DNA of 62,282 nt, filler included. It is 5 parts of 5 records of this genome, joined end to end, with 100 filler letters (N's around TTAATTAATTAA, not from the genome) between each part and the next. Parts side by side here need not be neighbours in the genome. Positions count along the whole stretch, not along the records: positions 1 to 13,336 come from SRR2962707_5323; positions 13,437 to 19,292 come from SRR2962707_5327; positions 19,393 to 29,407 come from SRR2962707_5373; 2 more parts are not named here. One strand, written 5' to 3'. The notes beneath the pieces were generated by a model. It saw only the letters and a program-made list of their open reading frames with translations, was not told where the DNA came from and made no database searches. Shown piece after piece: positions 9,966 to 20,089 of the stretch. Made by a program: the position numbers and the translations under genes. Each line of letters begins with the position of its first letter. Position 1 is the stretch's first letter.

Positions 9966-10014
9966 TTTTAATTTTCTATGTGTTTTCCGCCTCCCAACTC
10001 CCATCTTTCAATCC

Positions 10015-11007
10015 TTAAATTGTTAAATCTTTCAATTTCTTAAACGCTTCCATTCCTTTTCCGCTTAAAAGCGATTCTTTGGCTAGTTCAAAACCTTCAA
10101 TTGGAGTGAGTTCTTTTACCGTTGCAATGGCCATTCCTGCATTGGCACATACCACATTATTTTGTGCTTCTGTACCTTTTCCGCTTAAAACATTCACAAA
10201 AATCTTAGCGGAAGCTTCTATAGAATCTCCTCCTGTAATAGCTGCTTGAGCGTGTTCTTTTACACCAAAATCTTGAGCAGAAAGCATTTGCTCGGTTTGA
10301 TTACGGATAGCTTTTGCAGGCCCTGTCAGGGAGATTTCATCATAACCATCTAAAGCATGTAAAATGGTATAATTCTTATCGGTGTTTTGATATAGATAGC
10401 CATACATTCTAGCTAATTCTAAATTGAAAACGCCTACCATTTGATTTTTAGGAAAGGCTGGGTTTACCATGGGACCGAGCATATTAAAAAAGGTTTTTAC
10501 AGCCAATTCTTTTCTAATTGGAGCCACATTTTTCATGGCAGGATGGAAAAGGGGCGCGTGTAAAATACAGATTCCAGCTTTGTCAATAGATTTTTTTAAG
10601 AAATCTTGATTGTTTGAAAATTTAATTCCTAAATATTCCATTACATTACTAGAACCACATTTAGAAGAAACTCCGTAATTTCCATGTTTAGTAACATGTA
10701 CTCCAGCGCCAGCTGTAACAAAAGATGCCAATGTTGAGATGTTAAAAGTGTCCTTGCCATCACCTCCAGTTCCACATAAGTCTATAGCATTGTAATCTTT
10801 TAAATCTACAGCTAAGCATAAATCTAAAAGGGCATCTCGGAAACCTTCTAATTCTTCAATAGTGATGCTTCGCATCATGTAAACGGTCAAAAAAGCCGCA
10901 ATCTGACTCGTATTGTACGAACCATTCGAAATATTTACTAATACATTTTTAGCTTCTTCCTTCGATATGGTTTCGTGATTTATAAGTCTGTTTAGTATTT
11001 CTTTCAT
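10015..11007 (-). CDS. trpD: Anthranilate phosphoribosyltransferase
   Basis: DLCGTGGDGKDTFNIST, KHGNYGVSSKCGSS, DGYDEISL. Confidence 0.98.
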   Translation of the reverse strand: MKEILNRLINHETISKEEAKNVLVNISNGSYNTSQIAAFLTVYMMRSITIEELEGFRDALLDLCLAVDLKDYNAIDLCGTGGDGKDTFNISTLASFVTAGAGVHVTKHGNYGVSSKCGSSNVMEYLGIKFSNNQDFLKKSIDKAGICILHAPLFHPAMKNVAPIRKELAVKTFFNMLGPMVNPAFPKNQMVGVFNLELARMYGYLYQNTDKNYTILHALDGYDEISLTGPAKAIRNQTEQMLSAQDFGVKEHAQAAITGGDSIEASAKIFVNVLSGKGTEAQNNVVCANAGMAIATVKELTPIEGFELAKESLLSGKGMEAFKKLKDLTI

Positions 11008-11013
11008 TTTAAT

Positions 11014-11101
11014 AGTATTGAGTTGTTAGTTAAGTGGTTAGTGTTTAAAAAAATCGATTTAAATATTTAATCTAACTACTTTGTACTTAATTCTAACATC
11101 T
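11014..11101. repeat. Degenerate inverted arrays of 7-nt AG-N5 units in the trpG-trpD spacer
   Basis: Left AGTATTG AGTTGTT AGTTAA; right arm read on the minus strand AGATGTT AGAATTA AGTACAA AGTAGTT. Confidence 0.6.
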
Positions 11102-11663
11102 ATTTAGTAAGCCAATTCTCCAATATTTTTTTACCATCTGGAGTCAAAACCGATTCAGGATGGTATTGAACTCCGCAGACATCATATTCGGTATGAGTAA
11201 GAGACATTACTTGTCCGTTTTTATCATATGAAGTAGCTTTTAAAACGTTGGGCAAATTAGGGTCTACTACCCAGCTGTGATACCTTCCTACCTCAATTTC
11301 TTTTGGTAAACCTTTATAAATAGGATCTTCTTGGGTGATTTCAATTTTTGTAGCCACTCCATGGTAAACTTCATCTATATTAATGAGTTTCCCACCAAAT
11401 ACTTCTCCAATAGCTTGTTGCCCTAGGCAAACCCCAAAAATACTTTTGCTAGGCGCATAGGTTTTTATAATTTCTTTTAATAAACCCGCTTCCTCTGGAA
11501 TTCCAGGGCCTGGAGAGAGGACAATCTTGTCAAAAGGAGCCACGTCTTCTATGGTTAATTGGTCGTTTCTTCTTACAGTTACTTCGCAACCTAAATCTTC
11601 TAAATAGTGCACCAAGTTGTAAGTAAAACTGTCGTAGTTATCTATAACTAATACTTTTTTCAT
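11100..11663 (-). CDS. trpG: Anthranilate synthase component II (glutamine amidotransferase)
   Basis: IDNYDSFTYNL, LSPGPG, GVCLG, RYHS, QYHPES. Confidence 0.97.
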   Translation of the reverse strand: MKKVLVIDNYDSFTYNLVHYLEDLGCEVTVRRNDQLTIEDVAPFDKIVLSPGPGIPEEAGLLKEIIKTYAPSKSIFGVCLGQQAIGEVFGGKLINIDEVYHGVATKIEITQEDPIYKGLPKEIEVGRYHSWVVDPNLPNVLKATSYDKNGQVMSLTHTEYDVCGVQYHPESVLTPDGKKILENWLTK

Positions 11664-11742
11664 TTCTATAAGTTTGTAAAATTTTAAAGTTGAAAGTTTT
11701 ATTGGAAATGGTTTGTTGTTACCATAACCAAAAAACTATCAG

Positions 11743-13143
11743 CTATATATCTTCCGCCATTTCCATAGCTTTTTTCAAAGCTCCTAATTTGTTATATGTT
11801 TCTTGTAATTCGCTTTCTGGTTTTGATTCAGAAACAATCCCTGCGCCAGCTTGATAGTACAGCTCGTGATTTTTACTTAAAAAAGTACGGATCATAATAG
11901 CGTGATTAAAATTCCCTTCAAAATCCATAAAGCCTATTGCTCCTCCATAATAATCTCGATTGGTAGCTTCATATTTATCAATAAGTTGCATTGCCATATA
12001 TTTTGGTGCTCCACTTAGAGTTCCTGCGGGAAAGGTATCTGCAACTACTTGCATTGTTGGAATTTCTTTCTTTTTCTGTCCTGTAACTTTAGAGACTAAA
12101 TGAATAACATGAGAGAAAAATTGTACTTCTCGATAGGTTTCTACTTCAACTGTATTTCCATTTCTGCTGAGGTCGTTTCTTGCTAAGTCAACTAACATTA
12201 CATGTTCACTATTTTCTTTTTCGTCCACCGCCAATTGTTTTGCTAATTCCGCATCTTTTTCATCGTTTCCAGTACGCTTAAATGTTCCCGCTATTGGATG
12301 GATTTCTGCTTTGTTGTCTTTTACAATTAATTGAGCTTCTGGAGAACTTCCGAAAATTTTAAAGTTTCCATAGTCAAAATAAAACAGGTAAGGGGAGGGG
12401 TTTATGGAGCGTAATGCTCTGTAGACATTAAATTCATCCCCTTTAAATTTTTGTGCAAATCTGCGACTAAGAACTAATTGAAAAACATCCCCTCTGTGAC
12501 AATGTTTTTTTGCATTTTCTACTAATTTTTTATAATCGTTATCTTCTAATTTAGAGGTAGGCTCGCCTACTTTATTAAAATTATAGGAAGCAAAGTTTTT
12601 AGCTTGAAGAAGTTGATGGATATCGTCAATATTAGTGTCGCAATCATAACAATGACAAAAGATATAGGCTTCATTTTTAAAATGATTGATGGCAATTATA
12701 TTTTGGTAAACTGCATAATAAATATCAGGAATATTTAAAGAATCTTGTTTTTTAGAAATTTCAAGATCCTCAAAATATTGAACCCCATCATAAGCAATAT
12801 AGCCAAAAAGACCGTTGTTTATAAACTTAAAATCGGTTTTATCGGTTTTGAAATGCTTTGTAAAATCTTCAATAACCGACGGCACATGCACCTCTTTTGT
12901 AATTTTTTCTTCTGAAGATTCCCCGTCTGGAAATGTTTTTGAAATAACATTGTTTTCAACCTTAATTGTAGCAATTGGATTAAAACAGATATAAGAAAAA
13001 CTGTTATCGTTTGCATGATAATCGCTACTTTCTAGCAGGATACTATTTGGATAGCGGTCTCGTATTTTTAAGTAAACACTTACAGGAGTAATGGTGTCCG
13101 CTAGTATTTGTTTGTAATTAGTTTTTAAATGATATGTTTTCAT
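11743..13143 (-). CDS. trpE: Anthranilate synthase component I
   Basis: LLES, GDVFQLVLS, NPSPY, GSSPE, PIAGT, EHVMLVDLARND, FPAGTLSGAPK, QAGAGIV. Confidence 0.97.
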   Translation of the reverse strand: MKTYHLKTNYKQILADTITPVSVYLKIRDRYPNSILLESSDYHANDNSFSYICFNPIATIKVENNVISKTFPDGESSEEKITKEVHVPSVIEDFTKHFKTDKTDFKFINNGLFGYIAYDGVQYFEDLEISKKQDSLNIPDIYYAVYQNIIAINHFKNEAYIFCHCYDCDTNIDDIHQLLQAKNFASYNFNKVGEPTSKLEDNDYKKLVENAKKHCHRGDVFQLVLSRRFAQKFKGDEFNVYRALRSINPSPYLFYFDYGNFKIFGSSPEAQLIVKDNKAEIHPIAGTFKRTGNDEKDAELAKQLAVDEKENSEHVMLVDLARNDLSRNGNTVEVETYREVQFFSHVIHLVSKVTGQKKKEIPTMQVVADTFPAGTLSGAPKYMAMQLIDKYEATNRDYYGGAIGFMDFEGNFNHAIMIRTFLSKNHELYYQAGAGIVSESKPESELQETYNKLGALKKAMEMAEDI

Positions 13144-13336
13144 ACGTTTATTTTTATTGCTTTTTTAAAAGTCGGATGTAATACCATTAATTATTACATT
13201 GTTTGGTTTGATAAAACTGCTAATAGGCATTTCATAACTTTTATTAAATTCCTCATTGAGGGTTTTTATCCCCCAGAGCCTGTCCTTAGTTTACCGAATG
13301 GCTCTTGGTCGAAATGGATTAAATTATTTTCCTTTA

Positions 13337-13436
13337 NNNNNNNNNNNNNNNNNNNNNNNNNNNNNNNNNNNNNNNNNNNNTTAATTAATTAANNNNNNNN
13401 NNNNNNNNNNNNNNNNNNNNNNNNNNNNNNNNNNNN
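13337..13436. other. Artificial contig spacer
   Basis: 44 N + TTAATTAATTAA (stops in all six frames) + 44 N. Confidence 0.98.
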
Positions 13437-13437
13437 G

Positions 13438-13461
13438 CAGCAGCAGCAGCAGCAGCAGCAG
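13438..13461 (+). repeat. (CAG)8 microsatellite, in-frame poly-Gln, at the contig edge
   Basis: Direct reading; same frame as the 13480 ORF. Confidence 0.9.
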
Positions 13462-16400
13462 CACACTCGAAGGCTCCGCGTGAATGAATTCGAAAATTCT
13501 GCACCCTCGTCCTCTGCAGCCCGCAGAGTCGTAGTTGCCAAGAACCAGCCGACACAGCGCGACATAGACCTTGGGCTTCGAGTGCGGCGGAAGCCGAAGC
13601 AGCAGAGGAATGTCCAGAAGGCTGCTGCTGCTGCGAGTCAAGGTCGTTCACCGCTGGACTCGAGCAGCGACGAGTCGGAGCTTTTGAACAGAGTTCTCCA
13701 CCTGCCTCGGTCGCAGGCTGCCGCCACGGGAAATAAGAAGGCGAAAAACAACAACAAAAACGGCAAGGCGAGTCCGCACAAGCACCGAAGAAGGGCGGCG
13801 ACAGTAGCAACGAGCCGGCAAAAGCAAGAAGAGGATGCCGATGTGCCGCAGGAATCATCGTCGATTCCGCCAGAAAAGCGCAAGCGCCTGAGCTGGGAGA
13901 CCGACAGCGACGAGGACGATGCTGAAGAGCGTGCCGCTGTCGCAGCTCTTCTCGCAAAGCACAAGCGAGAAGGACCTGCAGCAGCTGATTCGGTGAGCGA
14001 AACCACTCACAAGTTGTTGGCTTCTGGCAATAATATTGTCCCGGCGACTCGTCCATCATTTGCACCTGATGCAGACATCCTTGCGGCACTTGACGACTCT
14101 GACTCGTCCGGTGAGCAGGATGATGGGGACAGCAGCGATTCGAGCGAGGTTTTTGACAGCAAGTCTCGGTTCGGTCATCGCGCAGAGCCAGAGTCTTCAC
14201 CTTCAACTGCGTCGTCCGATGACGAATCGGGCTCCGGGACGGAGTCGAGATTAAGTACATCATCAAAGGGTGATGAAAGGTCGCTTAAGCGTTCAGGGCA
14301 AAGTACCAGCCGGAGGACCAAGTCTGCACGGGCCAGACAGTCGCGTCGTGATAGTCAGCGCACACGAACTGACGTTTTGCTTCATGGTGAGGATGAAGGA
14401 CACAGAAAAAGGGGAAGGCACGGTCGGCGTTCGCCTTCTGTGCAAAAGGACAAGTCGTCGGGAACTGGCACGCACATAACAGCGAGTGGGACTGAAAATG
14501 ACGGCCACCCAAGTGAACGCTTTAAACGAAAACGAAGCAGCTCTCGCCGACATCGGGCCCGCACCGCAGTCGATCTCGTTGGAAGCGTGCCGAAATCGCA
14601 TGGGCTGCCTTTGTTCAGACCATATTTTCTCAAAAGTGATGACGATTCCACAGCCAGTTGTTCTCGGGATCCCACAGAGAAAGAGCTGCTGCAGTCGTTC
14701 CGACCCCTGGTGATCAGCAAGGACGCAGCAACCACCGGAATGGGGGGCGGTAGCAATATTGCATCGGGCGCGAGTGTGTGCATCCCAGGCCCTACTGCGT
14801 ACTATCTTCGACCGTATCAGAAATCAGGCGTTGCTTGGCTTTACACACATGTTCAAAAGAATCGCGGCGCAATTCTTGGTGATGACATGGGGTTGGGTAA
14901 AACTGTGCAGATTGCTGCCTTGGTGTCGGCTGTTCTTCGAAAAACCGGACAACGAGATACCGATCTGCGAGCTAAAGAAATCAAAGTTGCAGCAGCACGC
15001 TCTGTGCGCAATGAATATTTTCAAGCACGGGCAGCAGCAGCTGCTCGCAATCGCTTAGCTGTGAAGAAAGAAAAATCGGAGTCCACTGGCAAAGGAAACA
15101 GGCGCGACAAGGCACTGGTCAACCCGTTCGAGTCATCTGATGAGGACTTTGAAGATAAGCTCCTTGCACAAATCAGGCTTGATCAACCCATCAAGCAAGA
15201 GGACAATCCAGCGGCTGCTGGCACCAATGATTCGAGCGTCTCCGCGAAGTCCACACCGGCGAAGTCATCACACTTGCAGCTTCGACGCAAGTTGAGACGG
15301 CCAATGCAAACGGCCACTGGGTTGTTTGGCGAAGGCCCGTTGCCTGGCGGCACACGTTCACAGCCTTGGCAGACTTTGGCACATCCACCGATCTTGGTTG
15401 TGGCCCCTGCATCGGTTCTGCATCAGTGGAAGCAGGAATTCAATACTTGGGGCTATTTTGACCTGGGAACGCTCAATGATGGTGGTTCGGAGGAAAAAGA
15501 GACGGTATGCGCCGTGCCGACGTTTATGAATTTTGGCGCCGATACAGCGTTTTGTTTTGTTTTCAATACTTGGGGTGGAAATTTGTTTTGTCGTTTTGTC
15601 TCAGTTGCTCGAGGACGTCAAGTGGGGAATTCGCGAAATTTTGATCATCAGCTATAGCGCCCTGACAGGCCGTTATGAGGATCAACTGAAAGAAATATGT
15701 TGGCGCATGGTGATATTTGATGAAGTAAGTTGTTGCACATACGATACTGATCTTTCAATTTCAGTATGTCTCCTTGGTCGGAATCGCGGTCTTGCAGTCA
15801 AACCGAACATGGCTGGCGATGTCCGACTGTAGGCTCACCTTTTGAAGAACCACAGGTCTGCTCGCACTCTTGCAGCAACCGAGTTGAATTGCAGTATTAA
15901 ATTTGGATTAACGGGGACAGCAATTCAAAATGATCCTGTCGATCTCTGGGCGCTGTTCAACGTCGTCGCTCCCAATTTTCTTGGTTGCCGGGCGGAGTTT
16001 GAAAACTTTTACGCAAAACCCCTCAAGCGGGCGCGGCAGAAAACCGCTAGTCTGGAAATTCAAGAGCGTGGACGTACACGACAGGTATGACGCAGCGTTG
16101 TCCTTGCCGATATGTTTTCTCAGCATTCTTTCAATATCCGTACCACAACCACATTTTTCGTGAAATGGCACTGGCAGGCATCACTGGAAAAGCGCTATAC
16201 TCAGCGACTGCTTCGGCGAACAAAGGAAACCTACGCCAAGGAATTGCCCGGGAAACGCGAGCTTGTGGTCTTTTGTCCACTGACCGACCTGCAGGTGTGG
16301 AATGTGGATGCGGTTGGCTAAATGGGACTGGACTTGTCTTTCGCGCGGCCGACTGTGACTTGTGGTTGTAGGCACGTGTCTATGAGCGAATTCTTGAGAG

Positions 16401-18762
16401 TGAGGATGTTTCACTCGTCCAGCGATTCAGTGAGCCATGCGACTGTGGGCGGCGCCAAAAAAGGGGATCCTGCTGTTATCGACACGGCACCAGCCATTCC
16501 TCGGCCCCGCTATACTTTGCAAATCACCCGTCCGGCGAGGCGTGCAATTCGCAAAGTTGTCCGCTTTGTCTTACCCTTCCGCTGATCAACAAGCTCAGTC
16601 AATGTTCGAACCACTTGGAGCTCCTGAAGGCTCGCAAAAATGATGACGCTACTGAGCGTGCGAAAACAGCTTCGTATGCGAAGATGGCATTTGGGGATGA
16701 CCAGGAAAGTATTGGCGGCGTTTATCAATCTGATCAATGGATAAAGATGGGTGACACAGCCCTGTGTGGAAAACTCCCATGCTTGAAGAAGATTTTGCGG
16801 CATCATCATCAACGCGGCGACAAGGTACCAGTTTTTTCGTAAAGCACACCTACAGCTTGCGGCGTTGATCGCTGTGATTTGAACCTTATGTGGTTCTCCG
16901 CGGTGTTTTTTTCTTGCCGCATGCTGAGCAGATTCTTCTGTTCAGCTCCAGGACTCGCATTCTCGATGTTTTGCAAACAGTTGTTGAACAGCTCGGCTTC
17001 ACGTTTTGCCGGCTTGACGGTGGAACTGCAACAGCAGACCGTGGGGCATTGATGGACCAGTTCAACGGCTCCCCGAATATGTTTTTGATGCTCATTTCAA
17101 CCAAGGTTTTTACATTTTGCGTTTTTCCTGTGTTTCCACGGTGAGTATCCGTGCTCTTTGCGCTGCAATGGCCATAAGCATGACTTCGTTTGGTGGTATT
17201 GCATTGTTTTGTTCTGCTGCAGGCGGGAGGCCTGGGTCTGAACTTGACTTCGGCCAACGTTGTGATTCAGTTCAATCCAACATGGAACCCCGCACACGAT
17301 GTACAAGCCCAAGACAGAGCTTTCCGGATTGGGCAGCGGCGTCATGTCACTGTTTATCGGTTGATCTCAATGGGAACAGTTGATGAGTTGATGTATATGC
17401 GGCAAATTAACAAGATCACTGTCGGAAACCACACCTTGACAGGTGCATCAGCCACTCGACTGTACGAAGGTGTGTCTGGTGAGACTCATGGGGATTTGTT
17501 TGGCATCGAGAATATTTTCCGCTATAGTCGCTCAGGATTTGAGCAATCACACCTGGTGCACCGACGAAGTGAAAGGCGAAAGTACTTTCGACTTGTGGAT
17601 CGTGGGACCGTGCAGTCTGAACGCTCTGCGTCACATAAGCAACAAAGTGCAATTTCACAGCCAACATCAAAGGCACTCTTGACACGTCCGCAAATTGACG
17701 GTACGTTTTTTCTGCTTCATCTCTTTGGACCGCGCTTGTCTCACCGATATGCAATCTTTCTGCTTTGAATTAGTCTTTTTCTTTGTTTTTTTTAATAAAT
17801 TGTGCAGACGTGGTTTCACAACTTGAACACATTTACATGGATGTGGCTCCCGAAAAGCTACGTCAACTTCCAAACGTGGGTTGGCTCTGCATTCCGAGCA
17901 TTCAGTGGCTGTTCTCGATTGTATACTCTTTGGTATTGCATAAGCATGCTGTTTTTGCTCAACACTTTCAGATTCGGACAAAACTCAAGACAGGCGCACT
18001 TTCTTTTGAGTTTCTTGCCAAGCAAGTGGCGGAGCTTCCAGACCCAACTGATGGCTCCCCTCCACACGTTCTACGCCTCCAGTTGCAATCTTGCAATCCA
18101 CCAGCTGGAAGCGCACTCAAGCCAGAGTCGGCGATGGCGCCCGAGGTGTTCACCTGGCGTCGTGATGATGACACGCTTAGTTTTGAATCGGAAGGTGGAT
18201 TCGTGGTGGATGGTGACATGTTCCACCAGGTGCGGTGTGTGGTGTTTTGTTGTTTTGCAGATGTCATTTGTTATGTTCAAGCAGGTGGCTGATTTATAAC
18301 TCGCTGCCCGGTTGGATTTCAGAATGAAGATGAGGGCACAGAAGCCTCCCAAACTCAGGAAAGCGACCCAACAAGCCTGGTGGTACGCGGGATTAGCAAA
18401 CTGCTTCGGTGACGGATAGACAGATTACTGTATATTCATTGTCGTGTTTGTTCATGTTGCAGTCGTTTGGGCATCGAGGGTCTACTACAGCCCCTGCTCC
18501 CTTCAGAGCACCTGAGAGTGTCAAGGAACACAAGAAAAGCCAAGCTGTAACCAGCTCAACCAATCACTCAAATAAAGCCATGCCAGCGAGAGGACCGAAA
18601 TCATCGAAAAAACATCGCCCGGGCAACGGTTCTAGACCAAAGCCGCAGTCTAGACCAGAGTCGCAGCCTGTGGCGATTCCCAAACGTTCGATCGTGAAAA
18701 AGCCCGACACCCTGCAAAAAAGCAAACTGTGGCAATTGATGCAAGCGCGTTTACATAAATAG
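13438..18762 (+). CDS. Eukaryotic SNF2-family ATPase, ERCC6L2/Rad26-like; 5'-truncated, 11 exons
   Basis: Hand-built exons 13438-15504, 15605-15724, 15833-16084, 16178-16294, 16372-16824, 16932-17105, 17223-17700, 17808-17875, 17972-18229, 18323-18382, 18463-18762. All introns are GT..AG and 77-117 nt. Splicing restores LRPYQ, GDDMGLGKT, VVAPASVL, IFDEAH, GLTGTAIQN, LRRTK, EPCDCG..CC, RLDG, STKAGGLGLNL, QAQDRAFRIGQ. The last four exons are less certain. Confidence 0.88.
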
Positions 18763-19263
18763 CCGGGATTATTTATTTCAACGAATGCACTTCGTTTCAA
18801 CCATTACAACCCCGCCCTGCTATGACTGCGGTCGCGCAAGCAAGCTGGCACAACTTGCACGACTTTGCAATGCCTTTCACACAGAACCGCTACCTTTGTT
18901 CGCGCGAGGCATACTTGCTGTGTGGTGCGAGCAGCGCTATGCCTCATGCCACCCTGTGTGGTCGTGGGCGCACACGTTCAAATGGCGTTGGGCTTTGACT
19001 TGCTCTGCACAACCGTCCATTGACAAGCACATGGGGACGTGTAAGTGTACGTCAAAATACGTAAACATGCCATTCAGCCAGCGATTCTACTCTCTCTGGC
19101 GCGATGAGTGCCACTGTACATGGGACTCTCTCGATTCGAGTTCGCACCATTTATTTAGCCTTCTTGCTTGTGGACCAAAGCCTGGCTGACTCAGCCCGAC
19201 GCCGATTCTTTTTACAGAACTCTGCAACGATGGCCAGACAGAGTGAACAGATCTGCTTTACAG

Positions 19264-19292
19264 ATGTATGTATGTTGTATGTATGTATGTAT
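19264..19292. repeat. (TATG)n microsatellite at the contig end
   Basis: atgtatgtatgttgtatgtatgtatgtat. Confidence 0.9.
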
Positions 19293-19392
19293 NNNNNNNN
19301 NNNNNNNNNNNNNNNNNNNNNNNNNNNNNNNNNNNNTTAATTAATTAANNNNNNNNNNNNNNNNNNNNNNNNNNNNNNNNNNNNNNNNNNNN
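19293..19392. other. Artificial contig spacer
   Basis: N44-TTAATTAATTAA-N44. Confidence 0.98.
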
Positions 19393-19393
19393 G

Positions 19394-20089
19394 TTCGCGC
19401 ACGGCTGGTGGACCAACGAAGGTCAGAAGATTTCGAAATCAATCGGCAACGTCATTGATCCTTATGATCTGACGGAACGCTATGGCCTTGATCAAACCCG
19501 TTATTTCCTGCTGCGCGAAGTCCCGTTTGGCAATGATGGTGATTTTGGCCATCGCGCCATGGTCAGCCGGATGAACAGTGAATTGGCCAACGACCTTGGC
19601 AATATGTGCCAGCGCGTGTTGTCGATGATTCATAAAAACTGCAGTGCAGCGGTTCCGACGCCGGGTGAATTCGCAGATGCCGACAAGGATATTCTTGGCA
19701 AAGCATATGGCATGCTCGATACCGTGCGGCCGCTGTTTGACGAGCAAGCCTTCCACAAGGCACTTGAAGCAATCTGGAGCCTGGTGGGCGATGCCAATCG
19801 CTATGTCGATGAAATGGCGCCTTGGGGCTTAAAGAAAACCGATCCGGCTCGCATGGAAACGGTTCTTTATGTTCTCGCCGAAGTCATCCGTCATGTTGGT
19901 ATCCTTGTGCAGCCGATTATGCCAAGTTCGGCTGCAAAGATTCTTGATCTTCTGGTTCTTGCCGATGACAAACGCGGCTTTGAAGCCCTTGGTCCTGATC
20001 ACGCATTGGCAGTTGGCACCGAGTTGCCCAAACCCGAAGGCGTCTTCCCACGCTTTGTTGACCCGGAAGCCGAAGGAGAGAAGGCATGA
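19394..20089 (+). CDS. metG: Methionine--tRNA ligase, C-terminal part (5'-truncated)
   Basis: Frame open from the contig edge: FAHGWWTNEGQKISKSIGN (KMSKS-like), RYFLLREVPFGNDGDF, NSELANDLGN, NRYVDEMAPW. Confidence 0.95.
   Translation, partial: FAHGWWTNEGQKISKSIGNVIDPYDLTERYGLDQTRYFLLREVPFGNDGDFGHRAMVSRMNSELANDLGNMCQRVLSMIHKNCSAAVPTPGEFADADKDILGKAYGMLDTVRPLFDEQAFHKALEAIWSLVGDANRYVDEMAPWGLKKTDPARMETVLYVLAEVIRHVGILVQPIMPSSAAKILDLLVLADDKRGFEALGPDHALAVGTELPKPEGVFPRFVDPEAEGEKA

Noticed and set aside
9451-9974. CRISPR array or IS element
   Set aside because: No repeat-spacer alternation, no cas or transposase gene, and no clear target-site duplication
13381-13392. TTAATTAATTAA as a recurring biological motif
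   Set aside because: Always centred in N-runs; an all-frame-stop linker
13129-14266. ORFs running into the N spacer (13129-13392, 13381-13641, 13385-14266)
   Set aside because: Artefacts of translating through Ns, and antisense to the SNF2 exon
18785-19260. Short ORFs after the SNF2 stop
   Set aside because: No recognisable motifs; probably UTR or intergenic
13437-19292. Eukaryote-to-bacterium gene transfer
   Set aside because: Adjacency is created by artificial spacers, and the gene retains spliceosomal introns
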